A stretch of DNA of 64,000 bases from Octopus vulgaris (GCA_951406725.2 OX597822.1:60512001-60576000); one strand, 5' to 3'; positions 1 to 13,521 are shown, counted from the stretch's first letter. Program-made: numbers and translations. The notes: generated by a model from the letters alone, not told the origin.

Positions 1-489
1 TTTACCCGACTTTCATTCTATACATGTGCCTATTTAAATATTTATTTACCCTTTCACCAAATATTGAATATAAATACACTTCGGCTATTTCCATTGATTT
101 ATTATTATCAATATTTTCTTAATCGATAACTCTGTACCAATCCTCAAAACTATTTGTCCCACTTTTGGTAACCCGCATTTCTATCTTTCGCTACCTCTCC
201 CTCCCACTGTCTCTCTCGCTATCTCTCTCCCTCCATCCTACAGTCTGTCTGTCTCTCTATCTCTCTCTCTCCATATATGCATATATATATCAAACTATCT
301 ACCCAGGTATCTGTGTTCATCTATCCCTCTACCCACCCATGTATCCATCTATATCTGTAGCCATATAGCTATCCATCTACTTCATTAGGTACCCATTTAT
401 CTACCCATGTTTATATGTATGTGTGTATGTGTGTGTATATCTGTGTGTATCTACTCGTGTATTTATCTATTTATCCACCCATGTACCTA

Positions 490-830
<341 letters not shown>

Positions 831-1108
831 TCTATTTATCTGTTTTTGTCTGTTTGTCTAACTCTGTCTAACCATATTTGTGGGCGCGCGCGAGAGTGTT
901 TGTGTACATAGCTATGTATGTATATTTGATTAACTTCTATTCTTCCTGCGCAGTTAACAAAAACTTGATTTTACGAAAATCCGAAGACACAGCTAACCTT
1001 TAAAACAATGAATATTTAATTCTATTTCATGTAGTGTTTGTTCTCATTCAATTACTGATTTTGTTTCTATGAAAAAAAAGATTTTCTAGTGATTAGTAAT
1101 ACGTAACT

Positions 1109-1159
<51 letters not shown>

Positions 1160-1160
<1 letters not shown>

Positions 1161-1645
1161 GTAGGGTGCGATGGGTAAATTGTCATCATTTTATATTTTT
1201 AATTTCACGCATGCGCATTGTTTGTTTTTGATTTTGCCGACTACACAGTATAGTAGGGTCTGTTGGGTACTGTCTGTGAGAAAAACAGCACCATGATGCA
1301 ATTCACTCTGCCAGAAATTTGAAAACGACATACTGTACCGATTGGTATTCGCTCCAGAAGCTCCAATACGAACATTTCAGAGTGTTTGGGTGTCAATCTG
1401 AGGACAGTGCAATTTAAGGACATGTACCGAGAGTGATAAAAATCAAACAACCAGTCAACATGATGTTCTTTGGAGTGATCACTAGTGATGGCGATGTTAT
1501 GCCTTCATTCATCTTCTCACACTGCCTCACACGCAACACAAGTACATTGAGGAGGTAGTGCTGCCCTGGGTCAAGAGGGTGGCTGCTGGAAGACCCTATG
1601 TCTGGCAACAGGACTCTGCACCATGCCATGCAAGCGTCTACATCG
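1160..1645 (+). mobile_element. Tc1/mariner-superfamily (maT-like) transposon, 5' end with internal deletion
   Basis: Terminal sequence agggtgcgatgggtaaattgtc, also present at 27000. Decayed HTH region (MMQFTLPEI*KRH...ISECLGVNLRTVQ) and catalytic fragments VITSDGDVMP and LPWVKRVAAGRPYVWQQDSAPCH. Confidence 0.8.
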
Positions 1646-1909
1646 AGACTCATACACACACACACTATTTAATGGTGCCATTTCCAAGATTAGTTCTGTA
1701 ACATTCCAGGATAATATGATGAATTCTCCAGAAACGATCATATGAGACATTTGATGTATTGTGTACCTGACTTTAATTGCAGTTCTTTCTGTTTCTAACA
1801 GAATCAACAAGTACTATTATGTGTGTACATATGTAAATATGTTTGTGTGTATGTGTGTCTGTTTGTGTGCGTGTTTGTGTGTTAATGTGTGTATGAGTAT
1901 GTATGCACA

Positions 1910-2442
1910 TCTATTATATAAAATCCGTTCTGTCTGTCTGTGTGTGTCTTCTAGGATCCTCCATCCGATTGCGCTCAAATTTGTTATGTAGATACCAACG
2001 GTATCAGGGCATGTATAAGTCTTGAAAAAATTACAAAATCGATTCCAGGTGAGAATGCGATCGATAAAGCCGTGGGAACGTGAATTTGTAAGCGCAAGTA
2101 CATCAACTGTTGCGATCGATACTACGCGTACGCGAGAAAAATGCACGTGCAGTTTGCGCAAAAAAAAGCCGGCTGGCTTGAAATAATGCCACAAAGTGCA
2201 GTATATTTAAGAGACCAAAAAAGTAAGATGCAAAAGAAATATTTTCTTCAAACTTGGCACGAAGGAAGGAAAGACTATTTGGTTTCTCAAGAGGTTTTTT
2301 TTTTGCCTTAACTTCGTTTAACAAAACCAAAAAAATTATTGAAATAAAGGCATGCTTAATTATTTTTTAATGAAAAGAAAACACTGATTGCTTTTTATTC
2401 AGCAGATATAATTCAGCACCGTCCATTGGTGCATTTTGCTCG
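1910..2442 (+). mobile_element. Non-autonomous Helitron-like element
   Basis: A|TCTATTATATAAAATCCG start, (TCTG)/(TG) microsatellite, subterminal hairpin gcacc-gtccatt-ggtgc and CTCG|T end. A second copy lies at 27123. Confidence 0.7.
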
Positions 2443-3199
2443 TGTTAGAATAAAAACACTCGACTTTCTATGTTAACTAATTATATAAAATAACAGGTTA
2501 AAGTATATCGTATTTATTTAGTTCTTTAGTTCCAACATTGCTCCAGTATTTTTCACTTCCATTCTATGTCTGTAAGAAAGATGCAGAATGTCTGAAATTC
2601 CAGCTGATGTATTACCATTCAAACGCAGCTGTTTGTGTTTCGTATCCTGATGCCGGAATGTTGTTGTGTTACAGAATGCAAAATACGTAAATCTCAAAAT
2701 GTATGGAATTAAAAAAAGAGCCTATTGTTTTAGTCATCAGAAGGATATCCAAAACAATATAGGTACATTTTGGTTATCTCACCCCCATTAAAAAATTGCC
2801 ATTAAAACTTAACGTGTACGTCAAACATTGCTACTCACTCTTGAAGATTTTTGGCGTATCAAAACCAGCGGAGAAATATATAGGAGACAATACATAAAAA
2901 TTCTTTATCAGAGTAACAGAACGAGCCGTGAGGTCGTCCGGTAAGGCTGTCTTAAGATTTACCATGGGATACATAGTACTGACTTCATCAAATCGTAATT
3001 CAGAAAAACCACACACAGAAAATCATATTTGGAAGTGTGTGTTTGTGTGTGTGTGTACACGCACACTCACATCCTTTTTCTTTGATGTGTCAATACAGGT
3101 GCAGGAATTGCTGGTTTGTCGGAATGTCCAATAAAATTCAGCTGTTGATTTATTGTCGATTAAACCAGTTCCAGTACTTTTGCATTTGTTTTTTATCGA

Positions 3200-3770
3200 C
3201 CTTATCCCTAGATCTGCAAACAGTACTGTGCCTTGTAGAGGGACAGTAATTGCAGGGGACTGAAAATTTTTCTGACCTTCAAAGGAAGGGGCGGCCTTTG
3301 GGATGCAGTCCAATCTATACTAAGGATGTTCTTTGACTGGTGAGACCCTTGGTGATAATGAGGCCCAGTATTTGAAACGATTATAAGAGCTCATGCAGAG
3401 TACTTCACATTTTTGGGGTGGTGCTCTTGTGTTTTCAAGATATGCGTAATGTTTGATGATTCCTTTTCTTTTTTGTTTTTTTACTTTTAAAGGAATCAAG
3501 ATTGACATGGTCCCACGCGGAGAATGATCTCAAGATTTCCGTCATAAGAATCAAGAAAGCTTTGGAATGTAGTGTCTAGGTTGCATGTAGGTGATGCATG
3601 GTTGAGGAGTATTAGAGGGAAATGGCGAGTCGTGTCGTCTGAATATAATAGTGGGTGTTGTTGGAAGCCGTGGCAAGATCATTGACCAACAAAAGGAAGA
3701 GAGTGAAGGATATAAACAATCCTGGGGAACACTAGAGTTGATTGAGAATGAGATGGACACATACCACGAT
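3200..3770 (-). mobile_element. LINE reverse transcriptase fragment (CR1/Jockey group), decayed
   Basis: Frameshifted motifs INSSVPQ, FLLLVNDL, SDDTT (YADD position), LGLII and RKIFSPLQLLSLYKAQ. Confidence 0.7.
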
Positions 3771-3929
3771 AGTGCGATTTAATAGGAAGTAATCGATCCA
3801 AGAGATAAGAAACATATGGAGTCCGTAGGCGGTCAGGTAGGAAATGTGCATGCCATACGCAGTCGAAAATTTTTGTGTGTTCGGCCAAGCCTGACCTTTC
3901 TTTCTTGGTTCGACTATCATCCGTGTAAC

Positions 3930-4365
3930 ATCTATATTCCTCCCCATGCCTGTCATCTCTTATGTCCCTGCCGTGGGGCTTCACTTCCACACATGCCAGC
4001 TTAATTTAATTCGTCCTTAGTCGAAAGATACCTGTTGTTAATGTCCTGTTGTTTGCATTTGTATTTCTCCGGTTTTTTTCCGTCCTTGTTTTCGTATACA
4101 GTCGCTGCTTTCTTCTAAGGAATATAATGCTCTTTGCGTAGATTTTCCTTGGGGCTGGCTAGATTGGATCAGTCTTGAGTATAACCAGCCGAAACTGCAA
4201 TGATAATCTGGAACTCGACTGACGAAAGAAAACTCCGAATGACTCGTCCTTGTTTTTTCTTGTACCTTTTTTTTGTATCGCCTAACTTTCTGGATATTTT
4301 GTTGTCCCATTTTTGTATTCTTATATATACATGTATATTCCTTCCCATGCCTGTCATCTCTTATT
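3930..4365 (+). repeat. ~400-bp repeat unit bounded by 30-bp direct repeats (Penelope/retrozyme-like)
   Basis: tatattcctYcccatgcctgtcatctctta at ~3933 and ~4335. A diverged inverted homologue lies at 4480-5110. Confidence 0.55.
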
Positions 4366-4440
4366 AATTTACCTGTACGACTGATAACTCGCTTGCCACG
4401 CGTGGTAGTGCTTTAATAATACCATCCCTTCATATATATA

Positions 4441-4479
<39 letters not shown>

Positions 4480-4482
<3 letters not shown>

Positions 4483-5110
4483 CCAAAAAATGGAACAAGA
4501 ACAGATGACAGTAAAACATCCGGACAGATAGACGATACGAAGTCGGACAGGAAAAGAGCAAAAAGGCGGACAGGACGAAACAAGGACGGGCCATTCGTGG
4601 CCTTCTCTCTTCAATCAAGTTTCCAGATTATCCTTGCAGTTTCGGCCGGTTACACTTGAGACTGTTCAAATCTGGCTGGCCCCAAAAATCTAAGCTAAGA
4701 GCATAAATATTTTGGGAGGAATCAAGCGAATGTGTACGACAACAAAGACAAAAAATACATAAAAACGCTAAAAACGGAGAAAATGTTACTGAATTACAAA
4801 TAACAAGAAAATAACAACAGGTGTCTTTCTACTGATAGAAACGAATCACGTTGAGCTGGCGTATGGAGTGAAAGCCTTGAGGCAGGAACATATATTTCTT
4901 TATTGCCCTCAAAGGGCTAAACATAGAGGGGACAAACAAGGACAGATAAAGGGATTAAGTCGATTACATCGAACCCAGTGCGTAACTGGTACTTTGTTAA
5001 TCGACCCCGAAAGGATGACAGGCAAAGTGACCTCGGCGGAATTTGAACTCAGAACGTAAAGCAGGAACATAGATGAACATCAGAGATGAAAGTCAGGAGA
5101 CGGGAATAAG
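4480..5110 (-). repeat. Inverted homologue of 3930-4365, interrupted by a SINE
   Basis: The reverse complement aligns by eye (taaccRgccgaaactgcaaKgataatctggaa; gaaagaYacctgttgtta). Confidence 0.6.
4893..5060 (-). mobile_element. SINE family B (5'-truncated) with 11-bp TSD
   Basis: Family B body; TSD gcaggaacata at 4882-4892 and 5061-5071. Confidence 0.85.
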
Positions 5111-5469
5111 AGATGATTAGTATCTGGCGGCCAAGCCAAGAAAGAAAGATAATGCTTGACTGAACATCGGTCACGTGAAAGGAAAGGAGAGAAGTAGGGG
5201 TCAGAGGGATTGAAGAATTAGGGGGAGGACGAGAAAGAGAGAAAAAAGCAAAAGGACATAGAGAAGGTACAAGGAAGATAAACGATGAAAAATAGGTAGA
5301 TTAAAGAAAGAGAAGGTCAAGAAATGTGAGAGAAGGGGAGCGAGAAAAAAGAAGGAGAGAAGAAAGAAGGAAGGAGAAAGTATGAGGGGACTAAAAGAAA
5401 GAGTATATATATATATGTGTATGTGTGTGCGTGCGCGCGTGTATGTGTATATATATATAGAGAGAGAGA

Positions 5470-5503
<34 letters not shown>

Positions 5504-6323
5504 ACAATCTTACTTAGAAATGGATGCGTGCGTTCCGTCATATAATAAATTAATAAATAAATAAAACATATGCATATATACATACATATATGTACGTACC
5601 TACCTCTACATGTATATATACATGCATATATGGGTACAGGACACCAAACGTCGAACACAATGAGAAACGAAAACATAAACACAAAACCAAGGAAATGGAC
5701 ATTTTTCTTAAGCAACGAAAAAATAGAGTACAAGACATACAAAACAAGGAAAATTCCCCTTCTTCAGTCGCCTTTGTTTCATCTACTCCACGTTTCGAAG
5801 GTCAAGGCGATACATGACTTTAATGAAACAATCCTTCCCGCGAAAATCAAATTAAATAAAGTTTGAGTTTTTTTTGCGGAGTGGTAAAAATGGTAACAAA
5901 AACAGGACAGTAACGACAGTATAAAATATAAACAGTAAAAGACAGGACAAGGAGAATAACAGTAGCACAAACAAGAAGGGCTGTTAAGCCGAACGAGATA
6001 AAAATTTTTACGAACGCTATTTTTTGAGAACGGCGAGGGAGCAACAGATGTGCCGTCTCTACTTGAACGCTATTTTTTGAGAACGGCGAGGGAGCAACAG
6101 ATGTGCCGTCTCTACTTGAAGGTAGCCAGAAGAAAGACAGTAGCAGAGTTCTCGTCGCGGGTCAACGACGGGAGGGAGGAGGAGGAGTAAGAGAAAGGGA
6201 GAGAAAAAAAGGGAATGGTTGTAGAGAAAAGAATGAAGAATGAGAGAGAGAGGGAGAGACAGTAAGGTAGAGTTAGGTACGTACATATATGTACGTATAT
6301 ATGCATGTTTTATTTATTTATTA

Positions 6324-6366
<43 letters not shown>

Positions 6367-6398
6367 CGTGTGTGTGTGTGTGTGTATGTATGTATATG

Positions 6399-6442
<44 letters not shown>

Positions 6443-7056
6443 GACCTAATACCCGGATATGTGTATGTATTGACACCGGCATACCGACGCATATACATAT
6501 ATATGCGTGTTAAAATTAAACCAAAACTGGGGTAATATTACGTATCTCGATGGAGACTGACCTGGAGCAACAAAGTTCGCATAAGATATATTCTTCATTT
6601 ATTGAATTATCTTTGCATCAAGAGGCAGTGAACAAACACTTAGTGGAAACTGCATATGACTCCAACATAGAATCAGCTTGCCATAGCGGTGAAATGGCTG
6701 AACCTTTCGAATTGCAGGTACAACTGACCTGCAGGGCAACCATACTATACCATTTGCGTTTACATGCATACTTATGATGTCATGCAGTGAGACTGAACCT
6801 TTCAGTGAGATTAATACCTTTCAGCCGCAGTGCGTCAACATATGCATATGTGTAAATATACATTCACACACACACTCACACACACAAACACACACATACA
6901 CACACATACACACATACACACACACATACACACCATATACCTCTATAGATGTATGTATGTATGTATGTATGTTTGCATGTATATGTACATATATATATAT
7001 AGGTTTGTACATATATGTCTGTATATATGCATATATTTATATATTATTTATATTAT

Positions 7057-7088
<32 letters not shown>

Positions 7089-7125
7089 TGTATGTGTGCA
7101 CATGTATGTATGTATGTACACACAC

Positions 7126-7701
7126 GTGAAGGTGCGTGGCTTAGTGGTCAGTGTATTCCGGTCACGATCATAAGGTCATGAGTTCGATTCCCAGTGGCGC
7201 GTTGTGTCCTTGGGCAAGATATTTTATTCTACGTTGCTCCAGTCCACTTAGCTGGCTTCTTTCAGTTTTCGTCTACCAAATCCACTCACAAGGCTTTAGT
7301 CGGCCCTAGGCTATAGTAGAAGACATTTGCCCAAGGTGCCACGCAGTGGGATTGAACCCGGAACCATGTGGCTGGTAAGCGAGCTACTTACCACACAGCC
7401 ACACATATATCTCTAAAGTGGACTATCCTGTCGTACACGATAGTTAAGGCTTTCACAACTTTCTGCACAGGCGATTTGTTTATAATGATCAAATGGTTGT
7501 GCTGTCCATTAGCACAGCACATTCACCCCATCAAATCAAACATTGCCTGCACAGGTGGGTGGGGTGCCACACGTCAGATGTCGAAGCGACGTGAAATGAA
7601 ATGTTTTGCTGCAGTAAACAGCGCACAGCTTGGTTCGGAAATCGAACTCACGATCTCGCTATCCTGAGTGCAATACTCTTACCACTTGGCAACGCACCTT
7701 C
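7126..7701. mobile_element. SINE cluster: family C (+, 7126-7255), family A 5' half (-, 7255-7403), family C-like (-, to 7701)
   Basis: tRNA-like A/B boxes (tggcttagtggt, gagttcgattcc) and similarity to other copies in the window. Confidence 0.7.
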
Positions 7702-7925
7702 GCGCACACACACACACATACACACATACACACATAAACATACATGGATGTGTGTTCACTTATACATACATACATACATACATACATACATACATACATA
7801 CATACATACATACATACGCACGAAGATTCGTAAGTACGTCATATATATATATATATATATATATTACAAGAAGCCAAAAGTACAAGTAAGAACAGGTATC
7901 GTATCGACACCGCTTTAGTTATATA

Positions 7926-8065
7926 GTTACCCAGGCGTCCGTGGCAACACCTTTTGTCTGGTCGAATGGAGACGACGAAGAAAGCAACGGATGTCAGCTG
8001 CTAGGCAGTAGCAGTGTTTACTTCATATTATTGTGTTTGCCAGCAGGTGTCAATAAACAAACAAG
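7926..8065 (+). promoter_or_regulatory. Candidate promoter / first non-coding exon with RFX X-box-like half sites
   Basis: Non-repetitive, locally GC-richer island. It contains gttacccagg (7926) and gcgtccgtggcaac (7935-7948), followed by a consensus donor aag|gtgagt at 8065/8066. Confidence 0.3.
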
Positions 8066-8409
8066 GTGAGTACTTTCGTAAATACCACAGTATCGCTCTG
8101 AACATATTGCTGTATCGCTCTAAACACATTGCTATCTCCACGCTAAGCATAATATTGTTGTTCTAAAAACACATTGCGATATTATCGCCCTAAACTCATA
8201 TTTTTGTATATCCTATCTAAACATTACAGACCAAGAAAACATACACGTGATCGTTTTTTTTTTTTTTTTGAAGACTATATTTTTTTTTCTTTCATCACAC
8301 CTTTCGTTACCTTTTGCGTCTTTTAAAAATACACAGCCTTTGTTTTAATTAACTTTGAGATTAAAAAAAAAAAACAAGAACTTGACTTTGTCAGAATAAA
8401 GCTGGGGTA

Positions 8410-8620
8410 AGGTGGGTGAGCTGACAGAATCGTGAGTACGCTGGACAAAATACTTTACAGCATTTCTTCCGGCTTTACGTTCTGCGTTCAAATTCTACCG
8501 AGGTCGACATTGCCTGTCATCCTTTCGGAGTTGATAAAATAAGTTCCAGATTAGGTTCCATGTAATCGACTAACTCCGTTCCCTTAATTTTCAGGCCTTG
8601 TGCCTATAATACAAAGGATT
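8410..8620 (+). mobile_element. SINE family B, diverged
   Basis: Core gttcaaattctaccgaggtcgac...tcatcctttcggagttgataaaataag. Confidence 0.8.
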
Positions 8621-9480
8621 ATTGAACTAGTGTATGGAACATACATTAAAACGAAAGTTTGGTGGAAGTTTAAATGTAGATTACTTTAAACAGGAAGGTG
8701 GTATCGTAGAACCAGAGCGTTCTCATGTGGGTTGGGGTCAAAAGGGTTTTTAAGATAAGTAAAAACTTCGATCAGAGTTTACCTGGGATCAAACGGCTAG
8801 TTTGATTACATATTCGTTTTAATTAGTATATCCGTTTTTCCCAAAATTGTTAAATGAAACGAAGTGTGAATTGTTGAATGTTATGTAAATATAATACAGA
8901 GTCGATGTTACAATTTTGGGATAATAGTACACTGCGGACGAGTTAATCAACACTGGTAATTCACTGCTTATGTATATTATCAACCCTGAATAAAAGAAAG
9001 TTTAATGCGAACTTTATAGAACTAGAGCAAGGCACATCATTCGGCTGAGTATAATCACCTGTCAAGTGCCAGGGCAGTCCTGCAGCTCCAGCTCTCAAAT
9101 TCTTGACTCTCCTTAGGTGAAGATTAAGAGAGCTCCGCAAGTATTTATGATTGCTCGCAAACTAGATACACACTTAAAACAATTAGCGAAAGTACCCTAC
9201 ATGCTACCAAGTAATACATACTTGCGAGCGGAGTAATAGTTGGCGTGGCTGTATGGTGAGAAATTTACTTCCCAACCGCATGGTTCTGGGTTCCGTCCCT
9301 CTGCATGGCATCTTGGGCAAATGTCTCTCTGTCGCTTAAACCGCACCGTTATACCAAACCCCTTCCTATAACTTTATCCTTCATTGTAATGTTATCTTAA
9401 TACGGTGGATCTCAACCAGATTTTATCTAAGGTCCCCTTTTAATGTTATTATATTTTGGTGGACCCCGTGGCTATTCCAT

Positions 9481-9896
9481 ACTCTTTACTCTTTTACTTG
9501 TTTCAGTCATTTGACTGTGGTCATGCTGGAGCTCCGCCTTTAGTCGGGCAAATCGACCCCCAGGACTTATCCTTTGTAAGCCTAGTACTTATTCTATCGG
9601 TCTCTTGTCGAACCGCTAAGTTACGGGGACGTAAACACACCAACATCGGTTGTCAAGCGATGTTGGGGGGGACAAACACAGACATGCAAACATATACACA
9701 CACGTACATATATATATATATACATAAATATATATATATATATTTTATATTTCTATTTCCATGTCTAGTTATATTTGCAATATATTATGTATAATGTCAT
9801 TGTTGTTATGTAATGGTGTAATAAAGTATTGATTGGGTATTATCTGATGGTTGATGATTGATTTAGGTATGTTTCTCCATTTTCTCATTTTGTATA

Positions 9897-9950
<54 letters not shown>

Positions 9951-10105
9951 CGGCAGGCTTCTTTCAGTTTCCGCCTACCAAATCCACTCACAAGGCTTTG
10001 GTCGACTCGAGGCTATAGTAGAAGACACTTGCCCAAAGTGTCACACAGTGAGACTGAACCCGGAACCATGTGGTTGGTAAGCAAGCTTCTTGCCACACAC
10101 CCACT
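9481..10105 (-). mobile_element. SINE family A with expanded internal microsatellite, nested in a possible hAT-type MITE (~9403-10375)
   Basis: Matches the full copies at 32044 and 61421. Confidence 0.8.
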
Positions 10106-10529
10106 ATGTTTAAAACTAGTTTTATAGATACTTCTTTCAAAATTCCCATTTTATTACTCACATATTATCTTGTGTGGATTGATCTATATAAAATGTTTGA
10201 GAAAGAAATTTAGCCGTTTCTTACAATAAATATATTTAAAGCAAAATTCTTTCATGGACCCTTAAAATACTACTGTGGATCTCCAGTTTACTATTTTGTT
10301 TGCATATACCCCACCACCACCACCACTACCACAAAAAAATCCTATGTGGACTTTCAGGGGGCATATGAAGCACTGTCTTAATAGCTCATTATGTATGTAT
10401 TTGTTGTATTGTATTTGTTGTCTTCCTGAGCCCTCTATAGTTCGTACCATACTCGAACATATCCTTTCAAATGTAACTCTTTTCATGTGTGTTTGGAGAT
10501 TTATGAAAATACCTTTATTCTTCAACTTT

Positions 10530-11365
10530 GCGAGCCGACAGAACCGTTAGCACGTCAAGCGAAATGCTTAGTGGTATTTCGTCTGCCGCTACGTTTTGAG
10601 TTCAAATTCCGCCGAGGTTGACTTTGCCTTTCATCCTTTCGGGCTCGATTAAATAAGTAACAGTTACGCACTGGGGTCGATATAATCGACTTAATCCGTT
10701 TGTCTGTCCTTGTTTGTCCCCTCTGTGTGTAGCCCCTTGTGGGCAGTAAAGAAATAGGTATTTAGTCTGCCGAGGCGGTGAGCTGGCAGAAACGTTAGCA
10801 CGCCGAGCGAAATGCGTAGCCGTATTTCGTTTGCCGTTACGTTCTGAGTTCAAATTCCGCCGAGGTCGACTTTGCTTTTCATCCTTTCGGGGTCGATAAA
10901 TTAAGTACCAGTTCCGCACTAGGGTCGATGTAATCGACTTAATCCGTTTGTCTGTCCTTGTTCGTCCCCTCTGTGTTTAGCCCCTTGTGGGTAGTAACGA
11001 AATAGGTATTTCGTCTGCCGCTACGTTTTGAGTTCAAATTCCGCCGAGGTCCACTTTGCCTTTCATTCTTTCGGGATCGATTAAATAAGTACCAGTTACG
11101 CACTGGGGTCGATATAATCGACTTAATTCGTTTGTCTGTCCTTGTTTGTCCCTTCTGTGTTTAGCCCCTTGTGGGTAGTAAAGAAATAGGTATTTCGTCT
11201 GCTGCTACGTTCTGAGTTCAAATTCCGCCGAGGTCGACTTTGCTTTTCATCCTTTCGGAATCGATAAATTAAGTACAGGAATCGATAAATTAAGTACAGG
11301 AATCGATATAATCGATTGTCCCCCTCACCAAAAATCCAGCCTTTGTGCCTACATTACAAAGGATT
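10530..11365 (+). mobile_element. Head-to-tail array of about four family B SINE units
   Basis: Repeated gttcaaattccgccgaggtcgactttgcctttcatcctttcggggtcgat...ccccttgtggg units about 190-260 bp long. Confidence 0.9.
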
Positions 11366-11674
11366 CTTCAACTTTGTCACTTTTTGTGACTTCTCTTTTG
11401 TTCATTGCCTCCTCGGTCTCTAATCCAATCATATCGCTTCTCGTCTTTGGCTATTCCTCGCTACACAAAATCGATCTCCAACTATCATTTTTTACCGAGC
11501 TTCTTTATATTCAGAGGAGAAGAAAGATTATATTTTGCTATTTTCGCGGCCATTAATCCTTACTCTCTTCTAAATGATATTTGTTAGTTTTCGCTGACAC
11601 AGACAATCACCAATGTTCACCAATGTTTTTCCTATGTCTATATTTTTTCAGATGCTCGTATTAAACAGATATAA

Positions 11675-11893
11675 TATTCTTTTACTCTTTTACTTGTTTC
11701 AATCTTTTGACTGCAACCATACTGGAGCAAATCGACCCAAGGACTTATTCTTTGTAAGCCTAGTACTTATTCTAGCGGTCTCTTTTGACGAACCGCTAAG
11801 TTACGGGGTCGTAAACACACCAGCATCGGTTGTCAAGTGATGTTGGGGGGACAAACACAGACACACGTACACACACACACACACACACATACA

Positions 11894-11944
<51 letters not shown>

Positions 11945-12186
11945 TTAATAAGGGTGAGAGAATTAGATACTAATTTAATAGTATATTTATTCCACACCAA
12001 ATTACATTTAATTCATTGATAGCGAAACAATTGTCCCAAAATAATCTGTATTTTTGTTATTTTTTATTTGCCCTGTCCGTGTGAGCTAACAGTCGTACTG
12101 GCTTTCATGGGAAACATGTATTTTCGTGGTTGAAACCTTTTGGATTAACTGGTGCTAGAGTGATCAATATAGTGACCACTCTCTTA

Positions 12187-12235
<49 letters not shown>

Positions 12236-12385
12236 TACGGACTTCTTTCAGTTTCAATGTACTAAATCCCCTCACAAGGCTTTGGACGGTCCGAGGCACT
12301 TGCCCAGGGTGCCACGCAGCGGGGCTGAACCCGGAACCCTGTGGTTGGTAAGCAAGCTACTTACCACACACCCACTCCTGCGTCT
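11675..12385 (-). mobile_element. SINE family A with an unrelated insert in its microsatellite
   Basis: 3' half at 11675-11870 and 5' half at 12235-12385. Confidence 0.8.
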
Positions 12386-12517
12386 ATTGACAGTATTGGA
12401 TTATTTGTGATACAGAACACGTGGTTAAACTGTTGCTAGCTTAGAGAAATCGTTAAGATATTGATTACTCAGCTCATCACTGCATGCATTGTTTACATAC
12501 ACGCATATATACATACA

Positions 12518-12549
<32 letters not shown>

Positions 12550-12597
12550 GACATACATACATACATACATACATACATACATACATACATACATACA

Positions 12598-12629
<32 letters not shown>

Positions 12630-13027
12630 ATGATTTGAGATAGAGAAGAGAAACTGCACACAGTTGTGAAAATTAGCTGCCCAGCAGATGCTAACATAAA
12701 ACTGAAGATCAGTGAAAAAGAAAACACCTATGCTGAACTATTGAGAAATCAGCAGTTACTCTATCCAGATTACAAGTTCAGGTTTATACCTGTAATTATT
12801 GGGGTCCTAGGAAATGAAACACACTGCCTAAATACCAATCTTGTGGAATTAGGCTTCTCAAAACCAGAAAGGAGAAAGCTAATTCGAAGACTACAGATCC
12901 AGTCCATCACAGGAACTGTAAAAATCTGTAAAACTTTCCAGAAGTTTAACATTTAAATATATATGAGCATGTCTAGATATGTAACTATATGCATGAGCAT
13001 ATATACATAAAACATACAAATCTGCTC
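12630..13027 (+). mobile_element. R4/Dong-clade non-LTR retrotransposon 3' fragment (restriction-like endonuclease)
   Basis: ORF KISCPAD..KENTYAELLRN..IPVIIGVLG..IQSITGTVKICKTF. Flanked by (CATA)n on both sides. Confidence 0.8.
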
Positions 13028-13079
13028 ATACATACATACATACATACATACATACATACATACATACATACATACATTT

Positions 13080-13440
13080 TTATCTGCCCTACAGATATAA
13101 ATATCTCTCTGAAAATCAAAGGAAAAGAGAATATGTATGGACAACTGCTTTGAAGCCTCCAGCTTCTAAATCCATTCATATTCATACCAATAATAATTGG
13201 AGCACTATGTTTCGTTAGTAAATGCTTAAAGAAGAATCTGGATAAACTGGGATTTTCAGAAAGAGAAATCAATCGGCTAATTCGTATATTACAAGTGCAA
13301 TATGCAAGACTTCTCTCGAGTTCCAAATGTGAATTTGTATTAACTACATCCCAAAGACGGAGTCTTGTATCTTTGCTGGAAACCGGTTCCCTCCTCAGTG
13401 GAAGATTTATAATAATTATAAAATAGTAGAGATATACATA
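13080..13440 (+). mobile_element. Second R4-clade 3' fragment (same family as 28862-29835)
   Basis: Near-identical to 29470-29820; preceded by (CATA)n. Confidence 0.75.
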
Positions 13441-13499
13441 GATACATAGATATTAGGGCCAAGCTCTCCATTCGTGAAGAATTGGAAATATAAAACCAA

Positions 13500-13521
13500 A
13501 ACATATAGGCTCAGACATGGC

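Noticed and set aside
6012-6117. 53-bp tandem duplication
   Set aside because: A local duplication inside an unclassified repeat, with no independent functional signal.
10530-11365. CRISPR-like repeat array
   Set aside because: The units are ~200-bp SINE copies without unique spacers, there are no cas genes, and the context is eukaryotic.
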